A DNA stretch of 64,000 nt, from sequence record MN445183.1, one strand, 5' to 3'. Shown here in pieces: positions 18,260-28,762 of this stretch (its first letter is position 1; every line of letters begins with the position of its first letter). Both the position numbers and the translations under genes were made by a program. The notes under the pieces are model-generated. The model worked only from the letters and a program-made list of their open reading frames with translations, did not search any database and was not told the DNA's origin.

Positions 18260-19984
18260 AGCATCCAGGAAAGTAAACTCAAGATCGTTTTCAGCGGCGT
18301 ACGAACGTGCCAGTGTAACCAGGTCCGGTGCTTGGTAAACCATACGCGCAATCTCACCCGCATTGTTAAACCCACCGGCTGCCAAGTTAACCGCAACTTG
18401 ACGGTACTGCGTATCATCCAGCCCTTCTATTGCCGTCATCTCAATCCAGGTGGTTTGTTTACCCACGTTCATGATGACGGTGCCAGACGGATAGGCCCCT
18501 TCTACGTCGATATCGTTCGTACCAGTACGCACATACGACTTGAGGTTCGGTAGCTCTTTAAACATTGGCTTGCCGTTAATCGCCACAAGCTCTGTTGGCA
18601 GCATAACAATCCAACCACCAAGACCTTGCAGATAATCATCAAGGTCAGTACGCATCTTGTCAGACGTGGTACCCCAGATATAACCGTTATCCATAACGTC
18701 ATAATGCATGGCTTCGGCAATACGAGTTGGCTGGGAAGTGAAGTTACGGTATTCAGATACCCCACAGAACGCAGGTACCGCTGCCGCAAGATCGTTGGTC
18801 TTCTCGTCCATCATTTCAACGACGATGCAGTCGAATAAGTTATACACCACATATTCATAACGGTAGTTGGTTTGCATGAATTCGTGCAGGTCAAGACCGT
18901 AGTACCCTTCGGCTTCTTTAAACGCAAGCTTACCGATACCATCCAGCACTTTACTGGCAATGTAGTCAAGCTTGTAGTTCAGCTCTTTCCCTTTTGCTGT
19001 GCGCAGGTAATAATACGCACACATGGAGTCGGCCCAACGGAACGACGCTGGCGCGTTCACATACGGCCACTTCTCATAGTTCGCCAACGGACGTTTCTTC
19101 TCAGTAACCCCGTCGTTTTTAACCTGGTGTGTTTTACCCTGGTAATATTTCACATGACGGTATTCTTTCGGTACCGATGGATCACAATAGACATCCGCTG
19201 GGTTAATACCCGCCATTTCTAAACACTGAGTGATAACCTGATAATCAAAGTCCAAGCTGTTCCAGCCGGTTACCCAATCAGGTTTCCATTCATGTGCCCT
19301 AGCAAACAGTTTAACGAAACCATCCGCAGGGTGGTCTACCAGCTCGTATTCCATTTTCAGATTACGCGCCTGGATGACTTCACCAATGTGTTTGTGCGCA
19401 CATTCGTGCAGCTTACGGATAATGGTTTCATCGTCTTCACCCGGGAAGAAGCGACGGACCACGAACGTATAAGAACGGTCCTTAAAGGACAACGACGCCA
19501 TCAACGGCTCACCTTGGTGCTCTTTGCTGACCACGTCGGTTTCGATATCGATTACGCTGACTTTGTACGGTGTCATCCCGATCTCAGGAAACTTACGATC
19601 GTACATGCCTTTAACCACAGACGCCGGACTGATATCCGCGCCATAAACGTACGGGCTGCGACAGATCTGCTTTAACGGTAAGTCGGACGCCCCCTTACCT
19701 AATGAACGACTGATGTGGTTTGGCAAGTTCCAATACGGTGTAGTGAATTTCTGAAGCTTCTTAATCTCTTCGTAGTCTTTCTTATCCTGGTGATTACGAA
19801 ACGCTTCACGAGTTAAGTAATAATCATACGGCATGTCTTTGATTATACGCGTATTGGGTGTCTGTGTTCCATCTGGGTGATGGATCACTTCCTTGACAAA
19901 AACGATATCAGACTTACCGTTGTAGCTCGGACTGTATACCGCAAACTTACATTCAAACTTAAGCTGATTGGTATTATCGCTCAT
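18254..19984 (-). CDS. family-B DNA polymerase subunit with 3'-5' exonuclease (phiKZ gp82-like half of split polymerase)
   Basis: ExoI IDIET, ExoII GWNSLDFD, ExoIII YNLFDC, motif A DIDVEGAYPS; ends before motifs B/C. Confidence 0.9.
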   Translation of the reverse strand: MSDNTNQLKFECKFAVYSPSYNGKSDIVFVKEVIHHPDGTQTPNTRIIKDMPYDYYLTREAFRNHQDKKDYEEIKKLQKFTTPYWNLPNHISRSLGKGASDLPLKQICRSPYVYGADISPASVVKGMYDRKFPEIGMTPYKVSVIDIETDVVSKEHQGEPLMASLSFKDRSYTFVVRRFFPGEDDETIIRKLHECAHKHIGEVIQARNLKMEYELVDHPADGFVKLFARAHEWKPDWVTGWNSLDFDYQVITQCLEMAGINPADVYCDPSVPKEYRHVKYYQGKTHQVKNDGVTEKKRPLANYEKWPYVNAPASFRWADSMCAYYYLRTAKGKELNYKLDYIASKVLDGIGKLAFKEAEGYYGLDLHEFMQTNYRYEYVVYNLFDCIVVEMMDEKTNDLAAAVPAFCGVSEYRNFTSQPTRIAEAMHYDVMDNGYIWGTTSDKMRTDLDDYLQGLGGWIVMLPTELVAINGKPMFKELPNLKSYVRTGTNDIDVEGAYPSGTVIMNVGKQTTWIEMTAIEGLDDTQYRQVAVNLAAGGFNNAGEIARMVYQAPDLVTLARSYAAENDLEFTFLDAA

Positions 19985-20082
19985 GTGATTTCTAATCCTA
20001 TGTCAACAAGGGCGGATGTTAATCCCTTTTAAGAAGGCTATAACATCAAGTACCCATTTATCTTTTTACAAAGGAGATTACC

Positions 20083-21339
20083 ATGCTGCTTGGCAGTGGT
20101 TTAGAAGCCATCGCATTCCAACGTACCCGCCCTGTATTTACCTTGCTCACTGCCGAGGTTCAGTCGCTGATGGACAAAATGGTTTCGAATAATGAGACCA
20201 AACTGACCGATGCACTGTTGAAAGAATCGAAGATCCCAACCATTCTCTCTGCGGCAAGTGGGTTTGATAATATCACTATGGTGGCGGACCAATACGCACC
20301 TATTAATGCGTACACGAACATTATCACAATCTCTAAGATGCACGTGTTCCATGATAAGTGGCGTCGTCAATTTACGACCAACGCCGATGCTTATGCATTA
20401 TACCGTCAAACCAATAACGTACTGACGGGTCAGATTGATCTGGAGACCGGCCGGGTAAGCGGTGATTTTAGTAAGATTCCATTAACCATTGGCTTGGGTA
20501 ACCAATTCCTGAATCCTAAGTACGGGTTTACGGCTGCCGAGGTTGCGGCAATTCTGTTACACGAACTGGGTCATGACTTCACGTATTGTTACACGCTACA
20601 TTATACTTGTACCACTAACATGGTGTTGGCGTTGGCAGCGAAAGCGATTGTGGCAGAAAGTGACAATCGCCAGAAACACGCAATCATGACCGATCTTCAG
20701 AACACGTTGGGGATCCGTATTGATAACATGGATGAGCTCACCCGCTACGACAAGTACGAAGATTACTATATCACCATGCTGGGTTCATATCGTAAGAAGA
20801 CTTACGACGCCCTAGGTTCCCCATCTTACAATACTAACATGTCAGAACAAATGGCGGACATGTTTGCCGCACGTCATGGTGGGGGCGCAGCTATTGTAAC
20901 TGGCCTTAACCGCATGAACAAACTGTTTACCCCGCCGACCTGGTACCGTGCCATTGAACGCGCACAGGGCATCCTGGCGTTTGTGATGTTGTCACCAATT
21001 ACAGTGCCGTTGTTCTTGGTCGGCGTGTTTGTCAACGATTTTGTTTCAGGTACGTATGACCTTGACAAAGATCGTTTCATCCGTATTCGTAATGAAGCAA
21101 TCGCTTCCTTAAAAGACCAGTCTTTATCCTCGGATGAAAAGAAAACCATCATGTCAGAAATTGACACGATTAACGAAATCATCAAGAGCACTGATAACGA
21201 CTGGTCGTTTGCTGGTAAGGTAGCCATGTTGGTTCGCTCCAGTCAACGCACACAATCGCGCCAAAAGAATTTGCTGCAAGATCTTGAAGCACTCACCAAT
21301 AACCCTCTGTATGTTGCTGCTGCAAAATACTCTGTTTAA
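20083..21339 (+). CDS. putative virion protein with zinc-metallopeptidase motif
   Basis: HELGH plus downstream EQMAD; N-terminal GSGLE site; hydrophobic C-terminal helix. Confidence 0.75.
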   Translation: MLLGSGLEAIAFQRTRPVFTLLTAEVQSLMDKMVSNNETKLTDALLKESKIPTILSAASGFDNITMVADQYAPINAYTNIITISKMHVFHDKWRRQFTTNADAYALYRQTNNVLTGQIDLETGRVSGDFSKIPLTIGLGNQFLNPKYGFTAAEVAAILLHELGHDFTYCYTLHYTCTTNMVLALAAKAIVAESDNRQKHAIMTDLQNTLGIRIDNMDELTRYDKYEDYYITMLGSYRKKTYDALGSPSYNTNMSEQMADMFAARHGGGAAIVTGLNRMNKLFTPPTWYRAIERAQGILAFVMLSPITVPLFLVGVFVNDFVSGTYDLDKDRFIRIRNEAIASLKDQSLSSDEKKTIMSEIDTINEIIKSTDNDWSFAGKVAMLVRSSQRTQSRQKNLLQDLEALTNNPLYVAAAKYSV

Positions 21340-21350
21340 AGGAAACCACA

Positions 21351-21851
21351 ATGATCGTTTTGAATGCTACTGATGTAAAGAACAACGTAATCGCTGTCCG
21401 CAGCATGTCAGAGATCCCGTCTACCCTGCGTGAAGAACTGGTGGTGTTCGGCCTGGCCCGCCTGATTGCTTTCGGCACTGGTATCCCGGCTAACCCGGTT
21501 GAGAACCCAGTGGCTTTCTTTGCTGAAAACAGCAAGACTGCAAAAGGGATCATTGCCGAAGTTAACGAAGGTACCGTGGTTAACATTAGCAAAGTGCTGG
21601 AGATGGCTGCGGCTATCTATCGTGCTCGCTATGACATGGTTCACTCACCGGTCACCAAGTCTTCTCAACAGCTGGCTATGCAGGCGCTGATCGGGAACAG
21701 CACTTATAACTTCCCACAGGCGATCGCTGACGCACTGGCCGCGTCACAGGACAGTAATGACATGGGTCGTTCCATTGGTTTTGCCCTGAACATGTTCAGC
21801 CTGATCACCACGCCAACCATCGATGTGGCTGAAGAAAACAACGAAGAATAA
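21351..21851 (+). CDS. hypothetical (probable virion) protein
   Basis: AAGGA RBS, in structural operon. Confidence 0.8.
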   Translation: MIVLNATDVKNNVIAVRSMSEIPSTLREELVVFGLARLIAFGTGIPANPVENPVAFFAENSKTAKGIIAEVNEGTVVNISKVLEMAAAIYRARYDMVHSPVTKSSQQLAMQALIGNSTYNFPQAIADALAASQDSNDMGRSIGFALNMFSLITTPTIDVAEENNEE

Positions 21852-21860
21852 GGAGCGGTC

Positions 21861-23267
21861 ATGTCTCTCGAAATGATTACTAGCTTCATGCAACCTAACG
21901 GAGCGCTGCCAAAGTCAGCGTTCACCGTGGTGAAGAAGCCAAACGATGACGTTGAGATTATCACCGATTCAGAAGACAAGGCGGTGCAGGCATCTCTGGA
22001 AGTCATTGGTCGTTTGGTGAACCTGCACAACCGTGTTGCGCGTGACGGGTTGTCTCGTGCTAACGTGGCTGAACTACAAGAGATTGCCCCAGCTGCTATC
22101 CCTGGCGGTTACGGACTCGAAGCCTTTACTGAGATGCCGTCTAACGTCATGATGGCCGCGGGCCTGGAGGGTATCATTAGCCAAACGCTGGACGGCCTGA
22201 AGAAGCTGATCAAGTTCCTCATTGAGAAACTGAAAGCCGGCTTTAACATCCTGGTTGACTCCTACAAGGTACTGACTGGCATTTCTCCAACAGCGTACAA
22301 GTTGGCCAAGCGTCAGGTGATTACCGAGCAGCTCATCAAGAACTGGCACAAGGTAATGACCAACGATCTGGACACCGTGGTACTGGAAGCGTTGCAGGCA
22401 AACAGCTACGACACGGATGGCGCACAGGTTGTTCTGGACGGCTTCTTTAAAGATGCCAGTGCCATTGTGGACAACCTCGGTGGTTTCGAAATGGTCATCA
22501 GTCAGTTGCAACGCGCGGTTGAAGAACTGATGACAGAATCCTCCATGCAGCAAGCCGCGTACAACAGGATGTGGGAGCGTGTTAATCGCGGTAAAGTCAC
22601 TGATGACGAGTACCGTGAAATGGCACTTCGTCTGTCCGGCATGATGGAGCCTCCTGCATTCCAGAAAATCAGCGGGCTGCTGGATCAGCTGGCGAAGAAG
22701 GTCGTGGAATCTAAACTGTACAAAGCAGACACCAAAGACGGTAAGCCGATCGTTGATCGTCTGCGCAGTGATAAGTTCCGTGACGTGTTGGTGGGTCTAC
22801 AAGATGCTTGTCGTCAGTCCAAGCCTACCGCACTGAAGTCTGTTGAAGCTTACGCCATGGCTAAGCAGCAGAATATCGATGCCACTGTTGAACAGCTGAA
22901 GTTCTTTGATCCGGTAGACCAGAAATCGGCCCGTGAATTCAAACAACAGCTGGATGCTCTGAAGGTGTACGATCGTTTCGTGTCGATCGACCTCGGTGAC
23001 GACGAAGGCTTTGAGATCATGTCGACGAAGTTCTTGGAACAACAGAACGACGTGAAGTCTGTTATTGACGTGGTGCGTAACATCACTGCGAACTATGCCG
23101 AGACCGTGTTCAAGATCACTGCCTTCCGTGACCATACTCGTCTGGTTGTGGTGCCGAAGATGGTGGCCAACACTCCGGAAGAGAAGTTTGCTGAAATGGT
23201 TGAAGGGATGACCGATAACCTGCGCAACGATATCCGTGAATGGGCCATGAAGATGGTTAAAATCTAA
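21861..23267 (+). CDS. putative head protein with propeptide
   Basis: YGLE and AGLE sites followed by hydrophobic helix LKKLIKFLIEKL. Confidence 0.75.
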   Translation: MSLEMITSFMQPNGALPKSAFTVVKKPNDDVEIITDSEDKAVQASLEVIGRLVNLHNRVARDGLSRANVAELQEIAPAAIPGGYGLEAFTEMPSNVMMAAGLEGIISQTLDGLKKLIKFLIEKLKAGFNILVDSYKVLTGISPTAYKLAKRQVITEQLIKNWHKVMTNDLDTVVLEALQANSYDTDGAQVVLDGFFKDASAIVDNLGGFEMVISQLQRAVEELMTESSMQQAAYNRMWERVNRGKVTDDEYREMALRLSGMMEPPAFQKISGLLDQLAKKVVESKLYKADTKDGKPIVDRLRSDKFRDVLVGLQDACRQSKPTALKSVEAYAMAKQQNIDATVEQLKFFDPVDQKSAREFKQQLDALKVYDRFVSIDLGDDEGFEIMSTKFLEQQNDVKSVIDVVRNITANYAETVFKITAFRDHTRLVVVPKMVANTPEEKFAEMVEGMTDNLRNDIREWAMKMVKI

Positions 23268-23276
23268 GGAGCGTCC

Positions 23277-24536
23277 ATGACCACGTTAGCAGAATCCATT
23301 CGTGAAACGGTTGACCTAACAGACAGCCTAATCACGCTGGTACAACGTGCTGATGTGCTGGAATCTCTTACTACTGAACATACTGAGTTCGCTTCGTTGT
23401 ATGAGACGATCCGTAAAAAGATCGTCTTTATTGCGGGGTCAATGGAATCCATTGAAGAGCACGGTATCTCACAAGAGATCGTTGCCAGCATCCAAACCAT
23501 GTTGCCAGGTATTGCTCCCGACGTCCCGTTAAACGGTTATACCCGCGCTTTATCTAAGCATAACGTCAACTATGCGCTGGAGTCTTTATCCAGCGGTAAG
23601 ATGGCCTTGCTGTCAGGTTCTGTTGGTGGGGTAATTGCAATCATACTGAAAGCCATTCAATGGTGCATCACTACACTGAAAGCATACCTGAAGTCACGCC
23701 GTGAAATTAATAAAGTAGGGATCGCCGTCACTACCAACGCTAATCGCATTCCAACTATGGAAACACCAGCGGACGTGATGGAACAATTGGTGCGTTCGAA
23801 AGAATTCATCAATGCGGCCAACGGTTATAACTGGTTGATCTCTGTGCGTGATGAAGTTGACGCACCGTTTAAGTTTGACGGCAATGCGATGGTAGAGTGG
23901 TGGCCTGAGCTTTCTAAAGAAATGGAGTACGAGTTCAAAGCGATTACTGCGATGTACGAAGCTCTGTTAGCGGGCGAAACCTTTAAGCCTAACGTTTCCA
24001 GGGTTAAAGACTCCGCTGCGTTTTATCGCTTCTTTAAAGCATTGCCACAGGGCGTGAAGACCGACGGTAAGCCATGCAGCGTTGACGCGGCTGTCTCCGA
24101 TTTTAATCGGGATCCCGCTGTTGCGCTGACTAACCTGAACTCACGTTTAGGCCGCATGTTCATCATTCCACGTATTGATGATAAAGAAGGCTTAGCTAAG
24201 AACTTGTTACGCATTGGTCGTAGCATCGAAACGTACACCAGTATCGATCGTGTGGTTTACGATGCGTTAAACAACCTGGAAACCAACCGCGCCTTTGACA
24301 AACTGCACGGTGATTTTAAGGTGTTCTACCAGAAAGTTCAGTCCCAGCGTTACACTGCACCACAGCAGTATGTGGATGACTTTGTATCGGTGGTAAACAT
24401 CTACGCTGATAAGATGAACTGCTATTCTCGTCTGATCACTGTAGTGGCTTATCTGGACGCCATGTCGTTTACAGCCGGCGAAGCAGTTGGTCTGTTCACC
24501 GCGAAGTGGACGGCATTGATGGAAGATCGCGCATAA
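23277..24536 (+). CDS. putative head protein with propeptide
   Basis: NYALE site followed by hydrophobic helix; same N-terminal layout as upstream gene. Confidence 0.75.
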   Translation: MTTLAESIRETVDLTDSLITLVQRADVLESLTTEHTEFASLYETIRKKIVFIAGSMESIEEHGISQEIVASIQTMLPGIAPDVPLNGYTRALSKHNVNYALESLSSGKMALLSGSVGGVIAIILKAIQWCITTLKAYLKSRREINKVGIAVTTNANRIPTMETPADVMEQLVRSKEFINAANGYNWLISVRDEVDAPFKFDGNAMVEWWPELSKEMEYEFKAITAMYEALLAGETFKPNVSRVKDSAAFYRFFKALPQGVKTDGKPCSVDAAVSDFNRDPAVALTNLNSRLGRMFIIPRIDDKEGLAKNLLRIGRSIETYTSIDRVVYDALNNLETNRAFDKLHGDFKVFYQKVQSQRYTAPQQYVDDFVSVVNIYADKMNCYSRLITVVAYLDAMSFTAGEAVGLFTAKWTALMEDRA

Positions 24537-24593
24537 AGCACAGAGGGTTCCTCTCCCACTGCGGGAGAGGAACACCTCTTATGCCGATTATGC
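24531..24593. terminator. bidirectional terminator, GCATAA/TTATGCCG family
   Basis: gagggttcctctccc-actgc-gggagaggaacacctc; both convergent stops lie in GCATAA. Confidence 0.9.
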
Positions 24594-27542
24594 GCTCAGG
24601 TTGGACTTGGAGTCTTTATGTTTCAGGAAGTTGACGGTGATGTCCTCCATAACGGTTAACCCGCCATTGGATGTCACATCCAGACGTTTCTTGATCGCAC
24701 ACCGCAGGGTTGGATCCGATACGGTCAGTACCTGAATATCCTGATCAGGACCAAAGCCTGCCACACGAATATCCACGATCTCAGACGTACGATACGGTTT
24801 CAACTCATCAGTTACATCACTAACCGCAAACGTTTCACGGGACAGGATTTCAGTAATAACCGTTGGGATTGCTTTCTTCAGGTTATCACGCAGCGAAGTA
24901 TTCTTGTAGCCGGTATCGGTGAGATACACGTCGAACGAGAAGCCCACTGCCGCAGAAATCTGTCGTGCTTCTTTGGCGTTAGCAATGATGTCAATGACAC
25001 CCAGCGTTTGTTTCGGACGGAACACCACTTTTGTTTGGTTAAGCAGTTTCTTCGACACATACGGCATGTCATCCCCAACCCATGAAACCAGCTGAGTAAT
25101 GACTTCAGCGATATAGGTGGCATCCAGATTGCTTGTGGAGAAATAGTACGACCCATCCAGCCCCACCACATCAAACTCGTACAATGCAACACGCATGTTG
25201 AGCGGGATTGGATTGCCTTGGCTATCGTATTTAACATCACCTTTATGGTAACGAATGTACGGCTTGCCTTCCGCATCCAAACGCAAATCACCCTTAGCGT
25301 GCAACTTGATCGGGTTACCGTCTTTATCAAACACCAGCTGTTGACGATCATCACGTTTCCACTCATCTTCTTCGTAACGCCAGTACACGTCTTCCTCGTA
25401 GCGTTTAAAGGCCACATCAGACGGAATAGGACGAGAGCGTGTGTACATCATGTCAAGCGCACGGCCAAACTGTAACTGATACTGCTGGTCCGTTACCACC
25501 ACGAACTGACGATCGGTGTATACGTTACCCAGCTTCTTATCGCTGTCCGTCAACACCACATCGTTCGGTGACTTACTGCGTGCGATACAGTTAAGGATAG
25601 TAAATGAACCAGACATCAGCGACTTCAGCTTAGACGGCGCGTTACCAAACTGACCGAACGCAGTTAACACCAATTCGTTCTTATCGGTAATGTCCATGTT
25701 GGACGTCAGACGGAATTCCCACACACGTTCGCGTGATTCGGTGCGACCGATAATCTTACCGTTAAGGTAGGCGTGCGTGGACTCGTCTTCCGGCAGGAAC
25801 ATCATCTGCATCAGAACGTCTTCATCATCCAGGTTCTTGTAGTAGTCCCCGGATGTGGTGGTGACCGTAAAGGTGTATCCATCCGCCGTTTTCGCAAACG
25901 CGTAGTTGGCAATTCCGGCCTCTACCCCGATGGAGTTGTTCTCATTCAGGAATGAACGGTATTCCACCTTCGGGCGATCCATGTCGTAGACGCGCGACGT
26001 GAACAGATCGTTGTTGGTATCCAACACATAGTAGAACGGCGAGTACAGATACAGCCCGCTGTTAATCAGCACTGCGATATCTTCTGGCTTACCGCCCTTG
26101 ATTGCCGACATACGTGCGTCAGAAACCATGGTGTAGATGCCGTCAACCACTTCGTACAACGCACTCGGTGTGATGGTGACACGGTTGCCGTTGTCTTTCA
26201 CCGCGGAGTTTGTGACCAGCTGGTCAATCGTCATCTGGGTAGTGATCAGCCCGGTACCGACAGACGAAGTCAATTTCTTGTTCGTCTGATTTCCTACCAT
26301 TCGGCTTGCTTGATAGATACGGCTGGTGACTAGGTCCTCGACTTTCAGAACGTCGTAACCGAGGTCACTCAATGTCGTGTCAACCTGGGCCGGTGTGATC
26401 GGAATGTTCGTTACGTTACCGTCATAGATAACTTGTTCGCGCAGCTGCTCAAACCCGATACCGTTGGCCCCGCCGACTAAAGAACCATTGGTCAAAATGG
26501 TTTTCTCATTGAACACCACAATCGGGGCAGAGAACTTCGACAGCTGACGGTTGTCATAGTTGAAGTCTAACCACTCTGCGGTAATTTGTGAACCCACCAC
26601 CACTGTAGGTTCGAGGTACAACGCCCCTTTTGATGTATAGATGTCCACCCGCACCTGGCGACCAACGCCCAAACCGTTAGCGATATAGATTTCCGGTAAG
26701 CGCACTTCCACCGAGTTTTCCAGTACCTTAATGGTAAAGGTCAAGCGGTTCGAGTCAAAGACCTGATCACTATGTGTAGTGTACGCTTCGTCCCAGGCAT
26801 CGTTCACGTTGGTGCGTGTCCACACACGAGCGTAGTAGAACTGTTCACTGTTTAAGGTAAACGTGTTCTTGTACGCCGACATGGCGGTAATCATGCCGTA
26901 GTATGGCGTCGCTGTGAATTGTCGCATGTTGAATTCGATGTACAGGTATTCAACGTTGTTGATGGTCGCGATGCGCCAATCGATCTGGTTGGTTTCCAGG
27001 TTCAGCAGCGGTGTGTGTTCTGACACATCCCATACCACCATAAAACCACCGTGTTTCATTACACGGATTTCCAGTGGGTATTCTTGACTGAAGCTCGCAC
27101 CCGCAATACTGTACTGCGAGTTACGCGGGATCACCAGTTTTGAATACACGGAATCAATGTCATCGTTCGATGCTTGATCAACTGGCACTGCACGCTGACG
27201 GATTTCATCGGCGTTAAAGATGTAAACAAACGGCAGACGCGAAGGCGTGCAGAAACGGTTCTTGTAATCTTCGTCAGACATGTGACGATACAAGTCCTCC
27301 TGTTTCTCAGCCTGCACCGGATAGTATCCGGAGATGGTGTCTCGCATAGTCTGCATGCTGGCCGTGTTCATCAATGCAGCCATTTCAATGGCAAACCAGA
27401 AAGGGTTGTTCGCATCGGGGATGTCGATCTCACCGTTCATGGCTTGGTCGAGCACGTCCATAGCCACGTCAACCATTCGGGACGGATCATAACGAACCGC
27501 AAGAATACGATCGACAATTGGCAGGTTGGATAAATCACTCAT
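24588..27542 (-). CDS. large virion structural protein (probable baseplate; phiKZ gp87-like by position)
   Basis: start reset to MSDLSNL behind GAGG; 984 aa; synteny. Confidence 0.7.
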   Translation of the reverse strand: MSDLSNLPIVDRILAVRYDPSRMVDVAMDVLDQAMNGEIDIPDANNPFWFAIEMAALMNTASMQTMRDTISGYYPVQAEKQEDLYRHMSDEDYKNRFCTPSRLPFVYIFNADEIRQRAVPVDQASNDDIDSVYSKLVIPRNSQYSIAGASFSQEYPLEIRVMKHGGFMVVWDVSEHTPLLNLETNQIDWRIATINNVEYLYIEFNMRQFTATPYYGMITAMSAYKNTFTLNSEQFYYARVWTRTNVNDAWDEAYTTHSDQVFDSNRLTFTIKVLENSVEVRLPEIYIANGLGVGRQVRVDIYTSKGALYLEPTVVVGSQITAEWLDFNYDNRQLSKFSAPIVVFNEKTILTNGSLVGGANGIGFEQLREQVIYDGNVTNIPITPAQVDTTLSDLGYDVLKVEDLVTSRIYQASRMVGNQTNKKLTSSVGTGLITTQMTIDQLVTNSAVKDNGNRVTITPSALYEVVDGIYTMVSDARMSAIKGGKPEDIAVLINSGLYLYSPFYYVLDTNNDLFTSRVYDMDRPKVEYRSFLNENNSIGVEAGIANYAFAKTADGYTFTVTTTSGDYYKNLDDEDVLMQMMFLPEDESTHAYLNGKIIGRTESRERVWEFRLTSNMDITDKNELVLTAFGQFGNAPSKLKSLMSGSFTILNCIARSKSPNDVVLTDSDKKLGNVYTDRQFVVVTDQQYQLQFGRALDMMYTRSRPIPSDVAFKRYEEDVYWRYEEDEWKRDDRQQLVFDKDGNPIKLHAKGDLRLDAEGKPYIRYHKGDVKYDSQGNPIPLNMRVALYEFDVVGLDGSYYFSTSNLDATYIAEVITQLVSWVGDDMPYVSKKLLNQTKVVFRPKQTLGVIDIIANAKEARQISAAVGFSFDVYLTDTGYKNTSLRDNLKKAIPTVITEILSRETFAVSDVTDELKPYRTSEIVDIRVAGFGPDQDIQVLTVSDPTLRCAIKKRLDVTSNGGLTVMEDITVNFLKHKDSKSNLSA

Positions 27543-27567
27543 AGTGAACCTCAGTAAGTGAATCGAA

Positions 27568-28710
27568 TTAGAATCCGTTACCACCGGCATTAAAGGATGA
27601 CCAGTTACTGCCGCCAGCACTAAAGGATGACCAGTTACTGCCGCCAGCATTAAAGCGCGGGGTGTCATCAACGTTACTCGCAGTCGGCATCTTCGCATCT
27701 TTCGGCACCCACCATTCAAACTCATTGGTGTTGATATTGATGCGTGGATAACCCACGAAGTTAAAACGTTGATATTCCTGCGGTGTTAACTTACGGTAGA
27801 AGTTGTTACGGTTCTCATCCTTCATCTGCGGGTTAAACATCGTCACCGTGGAGTTGAAATCCTGAATCAGTGACATGGTATTGTAACGGAAACCCACGCA
27901 GGACCATGAACAACTGATCTGGTTGTTTGCTTTGATCAACGGGGTATCTTTGGTTGATGCATAATCAAACGCAGAACCAATCGGGTTAGTGTTACAGATG
28001 GCAGCATAAGGCGCACCGATCTTCGTGACATAACGACAAGTCTGATCTAACACAATACGATACGGACGCATGGTGTAATCAATGTAGTTATTCACAATCG
28101 CATCCCAGTACGGCACCATCTCGCCCAGATACACGGCAGACGCGTACGTTTGCAGTAAGTCCAGGACCATCGTGATAGGGTCACCAGAGATGTTCCCAAA
28201 GGATGCTGTTAACTGAAACGCTTCGTTAAACTCCGATTGCCCGTCCACCATCTGCCAGGTTTCTTTGCGCGCACCCGGCGCCGCAGTAAACAGATCCACC
28301 ACAATGTCGGGAAATCCTGTAAGGGATTCTAACGTGTTTCCCAGGATAGGCACAAAGGCTTGACTGTTATCAAACAGCCGACTGTAACGTTTTTCCTTTA
28401 CTGTACCGATCGCATCGAACATTGATCGTATAGCACCTGGTATCGTATCAGGGTTGTTTGTGGCTAACGAGTAGAGCTTCTCCTTCCTTAGCAGGTTATC
28501 GTATGATAAGTTAAGGATCGGCCGAGTCCAAAAGGTATAGCCCATCACGTCTCGGTTTATCGGGAGAAATGCGGCACGGTTGCTAAACTTGTTAAAGCCG
28601 TAGTAGTTATGTGCGAGCGAAGATGAGACGCTTCCGTGTCCACCTTCTCGTGCTGCTGCGTCAATCTCATCCATCCATAGGTTCGGGTTAAAGCTGCTTT
28701 CGTCGGCCAT
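27568..28710 (-). CDS. virion structural protein (phiKZ gp88-like by position)
   Basis: start reset to MADESS; synteny. Confidence 0.65.
   Translation of the reverse strand: MADESSFNPNLWMDEIDAAAREGGHGSVSSSLAHNYYGFNKFSNRAAFLPINRDVMGYTFWTRPILNLSYDNLLRKEKLYSLATNNPDTIPGAIRSMFDAIGTVKEKRYSRLFDNSQAFVPILGNTLESLTGFPDIVVDLFTAAPGARKETWQMVDGQSEFNEAFQLTASFGNISGDPITMVLDLLQTYASAVYLGEMVPYWDAIVNNYIDYTMRPYRIVLDQTCRYVTKIGAPYAAICNTNPIGSAFDYASTKDTPLIKANNQISCSWSCVGFRYNTMSLIQDFNSTVTMFNPQMKDENRNNFYRKLTPQEYQRFNFVGYPRININTNEFEWWVPKDAKMPTASNVDDTPRFNAGGSNWSSFSAGGSNWSSFNAGGNGF
27581..27655. repeat. 30-bp tandem repeat, about 2.5 copies
   Basis: taaaggatgaccagttactgccgccagca(c/t) at 27591 and 27621; encodes (N/S)AGGSNWSSF. 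Confidence 0.95.
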
Positions 28711-28762
28711 TCCTGAGTTCCTCAAAAATCATTTATATTAGTCTCTTAAAGGAGTGACGTAT

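Noticed and set aside
8996-19984. Inteins or introns in RNAP or polymerase (also checked helicase and capsid)
   Set aside because: ORFs are continuous and of expected size, with no intein terminal or LAGLIDADG motifs.
27543-27725. Track start of the 1045-aa ORF with LAAVTGHP repeats
   Set aside because: Alternate-frame reading of the neighbouring gene's 30-bp repeat; the real start has an RBS at 27542.
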